Shown here one piece after another: positions 52,574 through 64,000 of a stretch of 64,000 nt of DNA (within the stretch, counting starts at the first letter, position 1; each line of letters starts with the position of its first letter). Below the pieces are notes generated by a model, which saw nothing but the letters and a program-made list of their open reading frames with translations, ran no database searches and was not told the origin of the DNA. The position numbers were made by a program, and so were the translations under genes. The stretch comes from Trichinella spiralis (lineage: Eukaryota): the NCBI RefSeq assembly GCF_000181795.1, contig NW_003526944.1, positions 3,872,596 to 3,936,595 on the forward strand, in the 5' to 3' direction.

Positions 52574-52677
52574 AACAAGAGAAGACAAAGTTCCTGGGAC
52601 CCCAATTCTGTAGGTCTGGGATTGGGATACTTCGAAGGGCGAAGTTATCCCATAGTTGTAATTAAGTTAACGACCAA

Positions 52678-53389
52678 CCTACATGGCTGAGTTTTGAATT
52701 AATGCAGTACTTGGTCTTTCACGCAGCAAAATTTATGTATGCAACAGCTTTCATGTGTCGAAATAATTTTTGATTTTATTTTATAATTTTTGTTTTTTTT
52801 TACACAGTTTAATTTCTGATGCAATTCCAAAGCAAATTATTTTTACTTTATTTTTCTTCTTTAAATTTTTTCTCATTCATTCAAACTTTATTTTTCTACA
52901 CTTTATTCATTTTATTGAATTTTCAATTTCTCCCATTATTTCTTTTGATTCTTTTTTATTTTCACGTTTTTTCCTTCTCTGTATTGTACATTTTATTTTT
53001 TTTATTTATTTCTTCAAATATCTTTTCTCAGATTCTTTCATTTTGAGTTTGACTTTGTAAAAACTCTGACACATGAAAAGCATTGCATACAAATAAGTAA
53101 ACACGTAACAAACCATGGAAGAATAATGTACATGGACAAGAAAGAAGACAAGTGGAGAAAGCCAAGATCGGTGAAAGGTTGTGGATAGGTCGGATCGAAT
53201 CGTTTGTTGGTCAATTCCGTTCGTTGGTCAATTCCATTCGATGGTCAAGTGAGGTAAGTATTGGCACGTTGGAGAAGATACGATTTGGCAAAGTCGAGTG
53301 TTGAAAGCTTCTTCATTACAAAGACACAATACACAGACGTAACAAAAGACCAATACTGCGTTATTTCTTAACGATGATGCTCATGTAGG
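52678..53389. mobile_element. Degenerate foldback/MITE-like element with a nested ~0.23 kb insertion
   Basis: 52732-52759 is an imperfect reverse complement of 53068-53095, and ~52700-52720 of ~53345-53365. The right arm is interrupted by 53113-53336, which is flanked by the direct repeat ACGTAACAAA. Confidence 0.5.
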
Positions 53390-53794
53390 ATTAGTTAAAA
53401 AGGGAAAAATCATGTTTGCCATTACTAGTTGCCAGCCAGCAATATTAATTAGTTTATAGGAACAAAAACAAAACAGTTAAAATGGGGGAAAATGAAATAT
53501 TACACGTAACACAAGTAAATTAATAATCTATTTAAAAGTAAGAAAAAAAAATTTTTTTCTTTTAATATAAATCAAGAACAATGCAACAACAACAACAACA
53601 ATTCTTTATTAATGAAAAAGTTTATTTTTCAAAAAAAAAAGATAAATGTGCAATGTAATACAAACAAACAGATAAAGTCTGGCATAAATGAGTTCTGCGA
53701 AATGGCAAACATGCCGGAAATGGGACTTGAAATATTTAATGCAGGTGGAGGATGGAGAGACCAAAAATGGGCCCCATCCTGGAGCGTGAAGCTC

Positions 53795-53804
53795 NNNNNN
53801 NNNN
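53795..53804. other. Assembly gap (10 N)
   Basis: Run of N. Confidence 1.
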
Positions 53805-53856
53805 AGCGGGGGGGAAGGTTGCTTTTTTTTGTGAATTTTTTTTAAAAAAAAGTTTT

Positions 53857-55680
53857 CGGTTGCGGTGGAGGCCTGCCTTTCGGTCAGCCCGACCGCCCCC
53901 GCGCCGCCCCCCGCCCTCCTGCCCCGGGGACCCCCAAGGCATCATCGCCTCCTAGCCCACGTGCTGGCCTCACGATTTTGGCCGAGATGACCTTGGGTGG
54001 ATCCATCTGATCCACCCTCGACGGACCAGATGGCCATTCTGATCCGCCGAAGACGTAGCTTCCGCACCAGATGGCGTGCGTTGCTAGGCAGATGTGAACC
54101 GTTACGCCTACAAAGCCTTGCCGCCTCATGCACATCAAATTGCCGTCACACCTGATACTCAATATTAATGTACTGTCCTGCAGAACCAACTCATGTTTGC
54201 ATACTTACCGTATGATTTACAACTCATCATTATTGATTTAATGTATTATGCCTACTTATCTTTTCAAATAAAACTGACTACTGTAAGTTGCTGTTTTTTG
54301 CTTGCAATTAAAACCCCCTAATTAACTACTAAATATCCCTGCTGAAATATGTAGTTACGAGTGACGTTATTATACCTAATTATAAAATATTATGACCCAC
54401 TTTTGTGTTTACATTGTATGTTAATCATTAATTAAAAAACTCTCACTGCTAAAATATGTTGTTACGAGTGAAGTTGTTTAACCTAATTAGAAATTAAAAT
54501 ACTCAGTGTTGCATTTACGTTGTATTTTAAACTTTCTAATTAGCATATTAAAATTAATCTTATATTTATACTTTGTTTTCCTACATGTTACGGATTAATA
54601 ACAAGTCTATTTATGGAAAATTAATTCCTATTTAAAGAGAGATTAAACTTGTTGCACCTTGTCTAAGCTAATAGTTTATTTAATTTATTCCCAGTTTACT
54701 TTTGCCACTGCCTAATTAAAGGAGACCCCGATTAACATTTTATAAGTAAAAAATTTATATTCAAACAATAGCTAATTCATCAATAATAAATAAATATATT
54801 ATTGTTAATTTAATGTTTACTATATTTCACCCCTTTTAACTGTTTACATTACACTGTTTTAAAGTAGAAATCTACTTTGACATTACATTCTTTAAAGTGA
54901 AAAACTGCTTTATACTAAAAATGTATTATTACCACTATAAAATTAATGAATAATTAAAACCTTTTATAAGGTGAAATGTAAATGAAAAACTGATAAACTT
55001 TTCTACTTTAAAACAGTGTAATGTAAACAAAAACTGAATTTGCTTAATTACTAGATTGATGAACATTATATTTTATTTATCATTTAAGTTCCTAAATGAA
55101 TGAATTAATGTATAAAATGTTAACAAATTTAAACTATTTAGCATGATTATAAGGGGAAACTCTCGATGGAGATTAATTTCAAATATATAATGCCTAAACT
55201 GATGAAAGGTGCAACGCCAAATGAACTAGTTAAAGGTGTGACGGCAAATCTGATGTCAATCATTGGCCAAGTGTCAGAGCCGGCGTAACAATAACACAAA
55301 CGCATAGCGACGCTTACCGTTCCTCTTGGGGGAGTAACGATCACCACTAGATTGGCACTGAAACAGAGTCTCAGCACTACGTCAATTGCGAATTTGCATA
55401 ACTGCCTCTAGGACAGATACGTCTTACGAATTCACATAGGTGTTGAAATCCCATTGCACAAGATTTCAAACAACGTCCATTACCACACAAATGGACAGGG
55501 TCATCTCTTTAAAACCGGTCTCTGGCCAGCACGGGACTAGGAGACTCCGCCGAGGGAAGTCCCCGTTAACGGGCAGGAGGGCGGGGGGCGGCGCGGGGGC
55601 GGTCGGGCTGAAAAAAAACCTTGCTTGAGATCCCATTGCTGGGATCCGAGCAAGGCGGCAGGCCTCTGGTACCGCAACCG
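53857..55680. mobile_element. ~1.8 kb non-coding element bounded by long imperfect GC-rich inverted arms with an AT-rich palindromic core
   Basis: Exact 41-bp inverted match 53884-53924 / 55571-55611. Further inverted matches at ~53948-53992 / ~55499-55543 and ~54133-54152 / ~55234-55255. Internal exact 30-bp inverted pair 54841-54870 / 55000-55029. Confidence 0.6.
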
Positions 55681-58600
55681 GGAGAGGAAGAGGTGAGCTT
55701 TGAAAATGTGGACTTTGATCATTTGATACGGTTAGGGTCGCGTCGTGCAGTGTAACCCGTCGAACTCCTGCACACCACCCTATCTCACATTCCTCCTATC
55801 CTTGCACTGCTATTCTCAAACATTTACTTATTCTAATACTCAAACTATAGCAGTGCTACAAACTCACTATGCTCAAAATGTCCTTTGAAATGATCGACAA
55901 ATTATGCAACCATTTCTCTTTCCGCAAATGAACCCTAAACTCAACTCAAAAGGCATGGGACATGAAAACGTTCAAATGCGGAAAGCCACTCAAATTTATT
56001 ATAATAATACTCATGATCTACATCCAATTACTCTAATTAACAAACAATCATGCTCGATAACTTACAGCTCGAGTTTATATAGATTACAGACTCAAGAACT
56101 CCTCAGTGAAGTTTAACTAATTAGCCTAACTCAAAGAATTATACTTACCTAACTTACCCTTGTCTTTGGGATGTCTTCTTTTATCTTCTATTCTTCTGTA
56201 TCTAAATGTAGAAGAATTAATTTAATGAAATATTGTATAATAAATAAAAAAACAAAGCCGTTTTTAGTGGTCTTCTTCGTCCGTCATCGCATTGGAAACG
56301 CCATTGTTCATTCGCCGCACCTCGTTCGCCTACAATCATTTGAAATGAATTTCTAGAGCAAGTAATAGTAGCCTCAGGAAAATTTGCATAAAGTTCATTT
56401 CCAATGATTAACAAGTATGAAACGTATTTCATTTCGTTGAACAAACATTATTCAGGTCACGCATAAGCTCAAAAGCAAACAAATTGAAATTGCATGCTAA
56501 TTTTAGTAGAATCTGCACCACGCCTTTGTTTGAAAAGATAACATTTTCTATATCTAAGAACATGCCATATTCAATATTGGATGCAGAAACAGATTGAGCA
56601 AATATGATTCAACGCTGCTATTAGTCTACAAAGTCAATATGCCTTATGAATGGCTAATATGAAGGCAATTTTCAAACGGCCCCTATTTGCATAAATGTCA
56701 TACACTGCGCACTCAACGTTAAAAGCCGGCTTAAGTAAGTTGAATATGCTACACAATGATGAATTAGAACATAATATCAACATAATACAAACAATGGGTG
56801 TGCAACCTGCGCCCATTGTTTGCGTTGGTTGCCCCCTCTGACACGCAAGTGTAGCTGGATGAAAATGTTGGTTTATCTAATGTCCTAATGATGTGAAATT
56901 TCATAAAGGACATGAAGTGATAATAAAATTAAATAATTTCTGTATAACAACGGTTTTATTCTGTCTTGCATAATAGAAAACACTGAGCGCTTAGTCATAT
57001 TTATAACCTGCTTAATTCAGAATGCAATTGAATGCCATAATAAGCAAGTGAAAATTAAAAAATTTGTTCAAGAATTAGAACTTTCAACTATATGGAATTC
57101 AGAATTCCGCTTTAGAAGTATTTTAAGTTTTACGCATCTTCAGATTGAAGAATGCTTCGATACTTAGATATATATGCATTCATAGCAAAGCATCAGGAAA
57201 ATAGGTTTCAGTATTAAATTTTCTACTGAATGTGGCTTTTTTTACTTGCACCTTGGTTGCGCACCGCCACCGTTAATCGAACATAATTGAAATAAAATAA
57301 TAACTATATTACTATGGATACAATTTTCGCTTTTTTCTAATTTGTACATTATTTAGTAACCTTCTTATCAGTTATTTGGCAATTTCAATAATGCATATTA
57401 CTGTATTTTCAATTATATTTCTATGGTTTCATTTTGTGATGCATACTTAATATTATAATTTTTTTAATTTCCTCATTTTATCATCCATGCTTTGCACTCT
57501 GTACTCATGTAAAATAAAACTTGCAGTTGGAATTGCGCCATTAATGTGAAATAAGATTTGTATTTATTTCACTGACAGCACTGAAGCTGTAGTAAAGCCA
57601 AGCCGGTTGACATCAGATTAATACCTGCAGATTCGCATATGCTATTAATTTATTGCTTTGTGGTTCAAGCCTAAATTCCAGATATATTTTACTCCCGCTC
57701 GTGTTTTTTGCTTTTTGTGCTTGTTTGCGCACAATTATACGTCCGATGACTTCCTACAATGCTTCACATTCCCGCATCAGCCAAACAAAAAGGTCAAACT
57801 GATTAGGAGATACAATTTTCCAGCAGCCGCCACAAATGCACTTTTCTTCCACGGCTATCCTATTTTGCACCTATCTTTGCAACAAACTCTGCCTACTTTA
57901 TCATATGCATATTTCCACGTTCCACGTTTTCCATGCTATCACTATTACCCGTTTTATTCCTCCATTTTGACTGTCTAATTTAGTCCCACAATCTTCTAGA
58001 ATTCACTTTGTCACAACATCGTAATAAATCAGTGTGAGAGTCCTGGAGTATTTTTTAAAGCAGCAAGGTTAAAGGAAGCATTTTGCTATGAACCGCCAAC
58101 AAAATAACAAAACTCCATCGACATACTGCAACTTGTAAGTGCTGTGCTTTAGAGGCAGCGCTGCTGTCTTTCCACTCATTAATATGCTTCAAAGTCTCTA
58201 CTAATGGTCGGTATTAATTGCCCGTTTCGTTCCTCAATGCGTGTCAAGGTGGCTAGAGTTTTGTTGCATAAACCAATCTTCCGGTAATCAGCTTCTTGAT
58301 GAAAGTTTTAAGCGCTTTAGTTCTTTTGAAGGACTTCTTGCAAAACAAACCGACCTCTCGAATCACTCCTAAGCAGTTGCAAATGGCTTGAAATTCGAAG
58401 AATTAGTAATGGTCAAACTCAAGCAGTGACTTTTTGTACGCCTCTTTAGTATCTTCAACTACTGAGATCAAATGGCAGGATTATACCAGAAACCAAACGC
58501 TGCATAATTACGAGCACATTCGTTGCAGTGTTGCTATTTGTCCATAGTAGTTAATCAGTGCATTTTTCTGTGAGAATGAATACGTAAATACGACTGGCTT

Positions 58601-61176
58601 GTTTAGAAGATATCTATATCTTGTACTGTCATCAACCGCAGAAATGAGGCTACTGTAAGGATGATAGTGAACGACAGATTATCTGTTATTTCTGATGAGC
58701 ACTTCTGTGATACGTTGTCAATAAAAGTGGCTTTTTGCATAAGTAAGAGTGGCATAAAATTTTCCAAATGGGGAAGAGGCCGCTCAAGTCGTTCCCCGTA
58801 CAAACGCTACTGTATACAAACCATTATTTATTAGCAGGGGAGTAGTCACTCTTAATTATTCACCTTGAAAGTTATTTATTAGTATAAATTTTCAAAATTT
58901 CAAAATGAGTGAAATACAGTTAAAACAATGTCTTCTACTTGATTCTTGTCATTCTTCCTCTGTCAGATCAATGCATGCATCTCCAACACTCCCAACTCTG
59001 AAAATGTGATTAGTAATGCACTGTTATTTGTCTTCAATTACTTTTCATAACATGGCTGTTGCATATCTGTTCACCTGATAATATTCATGTAAATGGCATA
59101 ACACATAACCATATAATTATTGTATCACTTACTTCCTTTCAAGATGGAGATGAATTTAAGCATGTAAGAATTGTGAATGGCTTTCTTTTGAAGGTTCCAG
59201 TAGTGGCTATATTAATGTGGTGCTTGTGTGTCTGCAGCTGCTATAAGAAACAGAAGTAATATAAGGATAGCAATATTTCAATGGTCGTAATAAAAGCGGA
59301 AAAATAAATTTATTAGTATATTAGGCAAATAAGGCATACAATATCTGCACATTGTCGAATATCACTTATCACTTAATTATAGATACATACAAGAGTGTGA
59401 TTACATTTGCGCACCTCTTGTTATAGTGAGAAACTAAATAATTGACCACGAAGGTGATATTCTGAAATATAGCATGATGGTATGTAAAGTTGCCTTCAGG
59501 AAAACAACCTAAGTTTTGATGAGTAAGAGCGTAATAGCATAAATTAAAAGTGTACTTTTATTAATTGTTGTTGTTATAATGAACATTCTTTTGCTTGAAG
59601 GCATCAAGGTGATGAACAATGCAAATAGTATGAAAATTTATTTCATCAAGCCCAATTAGTATATTAGAATTAATGGTTCAAGTGGTATATTAGTATATTC
59701 AATAAAATGTGAAAAAAATTGAAATTGTTAATTGTGATACTGCACACCATGCATAATATTTTATGTTACCATCATATATTTAGGCGGATAATAAATAACT
59801 TTAAAAGAAAAGAGGAAGAACTAGTTGAGTAAATCATTGCTTAAATGTTGCACGGTACGCTATGATAAAATAAATTCAATGAAGTAAAAACGTTGAAGTT
59901 CGACGATACAGAAGAAGCATCAGTTATGTTGGAAATCAGAGAAAGGGGTCCACGAGTTACGTGACCATTATTAATACGGTGATGAGGTCTCAGTAACTTA
60001 CCATAGGAAAGCAGATGAGCTGGCTAGTTCATCTACAGAGGCTGCACAGAATTACTGATACAGGTACATTGGATACGCTATTGGTAAAAATGATGAATAA
60101 TGGATTGGGCAGTGGCAGGATTCACCAATTATTCAGCAAGTTTCTCATGGATTCTTTAGTACATTCATATTGCACCATATTGTTCACCCACAAATTGTGA
60201 TTAACAGATTGTTTGATGTCATCCATATATGAACAGAACAGAAGCTCAGTAATAAAGCATCAGTTACTTTAAAACTGAAGATGGTATTGAGGAGAAGAGC
60301 TCAACGCGCTTCTTGACTGCTGCTCTACACACTGATTAACTAAATAACTATAAGGATGACATTCTTCAAATTGGTTCAGGGTAAAGTCGAAGAAATTAGA
60401 ACAGTTAGTTTTCCCTAGGTTAAGTCAACGCACTTTTAATTCTAATAGTGGAATGACATCATCACAATCGAAAATAAAAAACTAATTATAAAACTTATTA
60501 CGTTTGTATTCAACCTTCGTGTAATATCATACAATGCAGATGAATTTACTTTTGAGTGTTGATTCGAACGCCTGTTGATCTTTATGAATGTAAACAAAGG
60601 AAAATCAGATTGAACAAACATGTAAAATATTGCACCAAGCTACTGCTACCAAGCTATAAGGCAATGAATGTACTACATATTTGGGAAAGCTTTGATGAAA
60701 AATAATCACCCAATCATTGAACAGAGTTAAGTAGCTAATCAAATATGACTAGTCACTCGTCCAATTGCTGATCAAAACTGAGTAACTAATAAAATTGCAC
60801 ATTTCATAAGCCAATTACTGACGAACACCGTACAACCTATCAACGAACAGCCAATCACAAAATTGAGGGAAAATTTTTGCAAGCCAACTATAAAAAAAAA
60901 CAAGTTTGATGCCGAAATCAACCTTTTAATAAACCTATACTATATAAGGAACCAGTAAAGGATGAAAATGTCGCTGAAATTGCAATAAAAGTGAATTAAT
61001 ACAACTGAAATCAGTGATTCAAACAACTCTATGCATAAGTGATCAATGAAATCATTTCTAATGATCGTATAAATTTCTGAATTGCTAAATTTAATTCAAA
61101 AATAGCATATCAAACAAAAAAAAGCATTAAGTTTCATAAATAAATGAAATGAAAGCTCAAAAATGTGCATTGTTCA

Positions 61177-61245
61177 CCCGGGTCAAAATCGACCGGGCTT
61201 TGGTCAGCGGAGAGACAAAAAATACTTTGCTCATCCGAAGGTTAA
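61177..61245. mobile_element. Possible piggyBac-like terminal remnant
   Basis: Ends ...CTCATCCGAAGG-TTAA, i.e. TTAA followed by CC on the reverse strand, with a subterminal hairpin CCCGGGTCAAAATCGACCGGG. No partner end or transposase was recognised. Confidence 0.35.
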
Positions 61246-61265
61246 GATAAGTGCAATTCGCTAAC

Positions 61266-62822
61266 TTTAGAGGCCATTTATTCCACAACTATCAGACAGT
61301 TTCCGCTGAAACTCAACATAACACTATCATTCGTCATTGTAAACATCTAACATTCAAAAAAAGTATAAATTGTAGCTAAAACTTTTTGGACATTTTTCGC
61401 AAAACAGCGATGGCAAAAAATGCAGTATTAGTGGGAATAAAAAAACAGAAATAAAATAAGCAGAATAAATGAATATGCAAGAAAAATAATTTTACGAAAA
61501 TTTACGGGAAAGGTTTAAAGAATTGAGCGAAGAGAAGTTATTCTTCAAATAAGATTTGTTCCTGACTTCTTTTTATCGCCTACAGCATCGTTAAACTAAA
61601 AATTTTTTAAACGTATTTCCTTTGATTAATTGCGCTTCAAAAGCGATAATTAGTCAAACTGAAGAGGTGGGAACACAAATTTATTGCAATATTAGATTTA
61701 TTTTTTTCACAACCGTTAAACTTTGAAACCAGTTGTTTTATCAAATTTCTCAAAAAATAACCGATTGCATATTATTCAGAATTTATGATCTATTATCCCA
61801 CACAGTGTTGCTTTCAATTATCACAAGTGCAGGGAATACTTTGCTGCACTTTTCAAGCAACATTTCATTACATTTACTGAACATTAAAGTGAATATCTCA
61901 AACGTTTGGGAAAAGTACCATGAATGCAGACTATTAGTTGTGATGAATTCTTAATTTATTTACGTTTATTAGAATTTTATCGCAAACTCCGACATTAAAA
62001 GCACATTTTCACATGTGGCATAAAACAACAGCTGAAAAGCGAAATAGAATTCAAAAAAGGACATGTTTGATATCAGTAAGAAGCTAATTGAATAATACAA
62101 ATGATGAACTACATGTCAGTAAATGAAATGATAATTTTTTGAACAAATATACGCATGCAAGGCGTACGTTATGACATTCAGGTATTAATCCTTGTTGAAG
62201 GAAAATAATGTTGAAAATTCATTTCAATCAAGCATTCTAAAAAGATAAAATAATAGAAAATAATTAAATTGAACGATTTATTTCCATTTCAGCATGTTCT
62301 GAAACAGCTTACAAAAAATAAATCAAAACAGACTGAAAATGACGGAAAAATGGATTGCTCAAACAAGTAAAAAATTGTACAAGGCAGCTCAGTATGAATG
62401 TATAGCTTACCCAAATGTCAGAAATGTTACGTTCCCTAACAATCACACATCCAAGTTCCATTTCGAGGAAGTTACCGATGGGCAACTTTACCAGGTTTTA
62501 AGTTAGGCGCAATGCGCAAAATTTAGAGGCCATTTATTCCAAAACTGCTGGACAGTTTCTGCTACAATTCTCCGCAACATCATCATTTATCATTGTGAAC
62601 AACCACTATTCAAAAAAAAGTAGAAATTTCGGCAAAACATTTTTGGCTATTTTTCGCAAAACAGCAATGACTTCAAAATGGGATATTGGCGGGAATGAAA
62701 GAAAAAGAAATATAATATAACTAATATACAGATATGCAAGGAAAATGATTTTGGGAAGATTTACCTCAAATGTTTAATAAATTGAGCGAATAACGTTTCT
62801 TGTTTAAATAAATGTTGTTCCT
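61266..62822 (+). repeat. Two diverged direct copies of a ~300-bp sequence (61266-~61562 and 62522-~62822)
   Basis: Both begin TTTAGAGGCCATTTATTCC and share GACAGTTTC, CATTGT.AAC, TTCAAAAAAA, TTTTTCGCAAAACAGC, ATATGCAAG and ATTGAGCGAA in the same order. Confidence 0.85.
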
Positions 62823-64000
62823 ATAATTAATAATAATATTTCTTGCATAAACCCCATTTTCTGAAATGAGATTTCAACTAATTTCCTACATAGTGCAACG
62901 AGGCGTTCATATATATGGATAGTTCATTGTATAAAAATTATTATATATACGGCAGTGAAGCTGATCTGAAGGTTAGTCACCGAAATTGAAATTCATTAAT
63001 TTGCAACTATCATATTGTCTGTAGTGACACATACAATGAACGTTAGTACAATAGTAAAACTGATTTACCACTTAACTATTGATGATATCGAAGAGGAAAC
63101 TGTATCGCGCTTCTTGACCGGTGTTTTTCACACAGATTACTATGAAGACTATGAATAACTATGAAGATGACATTTTGAAAAGTAGGTCAAGTTTAAGGAA
63201 TTAAAATAATATGATCTTGCCTTTGGTGATGTAAATTCATTTTTGATCAGTTTAAGCGTAATGGTAAAGTTATGGAAAGTAATGAAACGTTATGGCAAAG
63301 TTTACTAATTGTTAAAAGTTATTATGATTTCATTGAAGTTTAATAATGTATTGTATGTAGAAAGTAGAGCAATTTTCCTTTGAGTCATGAATGCTCATTA
63401 GAAACTTCTTGATCTTCGTTAATCAAAATACCTTTCCATTTTTGTTGTGTTATTGTAATTTAAATGAATGTTTATGCATAACTAACTGCTTATGGATTTG
63501 TTAGTAATTTTGATTCAAGCTGAATTGCCGCCTTTTAATGAATAGCACTTGCTCATCTGATTATCAGTCACAGCTGAACTCTGAATATGCTATTGATCTG
63601 AAATGTTGCAAGGTTATTTTACTGCAAATTAGCAAGCACATAATAAAAAGATTTTTCCCCAAAACTGATCTATTTAAAATGCATTCAAAAATAGAGTACC
63701 CAACTGTTATCCTTGTCGCTACAGCTGAGTCGTTCAGAAAAGCAGTGCACATTAAATAATCAATAATTCATAAATAACTTTGAAAATACGTTTCAATAAG
63801 TTTAAACAACTAATGATGATACAGAATATATGCGTGAAAATTACGTGCAAAGTAGATTGATTATTTTGTTATTATTCTGTAAAACAGAACTTTCTATTTT
63901 CCCGGCAATTGAATTGTCCCTGAAATTACATTTTTCATACAGCATTCAATGCTTCATCATTAGCCGTATCTTCGTAGTGCAGACTGATTTGCATACAAAT

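Noticed and set aside
53690..53794. MPEMGLEIFNAG...PSWSV as a possible Mutator transposase fragment
   Set aside because: Too short and cut by an N gap; the resemblance cannot be supported without a search.
55199..55230. CTGATGA hammerhead-like core
   Set aside because: It is not followed by a stem II plus GAAA, and there are no flanking stems.
55545..55582. CTCCGCCGAGGGAAGTCCCCG..CGGGCAG resembles the RNase MRP RNA P4 5' region
   Set aside because: No matching downstream ACxxxxGGGGCT strand or proper P8 stem was found, and the inverted copy lacks the AAG. A cmsearch with the Rfam RNase MRP model would settle it.
56000..64000. Short ORFs in the distal AT-rich region
   Set aside because: They have no motifs or consistent exon chains, and their composition looks non-coding or like decayed repeats.

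Overview
Eukaryotic, AT-rich genomic DNA with many short GT-AG introns and TTTCAG-type acceptors. The gene set and style suggest a nematode, probably a clade I parasite such as Trichinella; this is an inference. Bases 1-48 kb are gene-dense. On the minus strand lie glutaminyl-tRNA synthetase (3' end runs off the window), VIPAS39/spe-39 and an uncharacterised FAM53-motif-like gene, with a decayed tandem duplication between the last two that leaves a VIPAS39(5')-geneX(3') pseudo-chimera. Next come a novel-type PKC whose second intron hosts an intronless, GC-rich, antisense DUF229 gene; a COX7A-like mitochondrial membrane protein; a Gremlin/DAN BMP antagonist; an LRPPRC-like PPR gene; and three secreted trypsin-fold pseudoprotease units with identical exon architecture. 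Two of the three units appear to have only one terminal exon available, which could mean a variable-cassette/constant-exon arrangement. Bases 49-64 kb are gene-poor and repeat-rich, with two assembly gaps, a 21-bp minisatellite, nested inverted-repeat elements and a possible piggyBac terminus. Exon boundaries were read by hand and family calls come from recalled motifs, not database searches.
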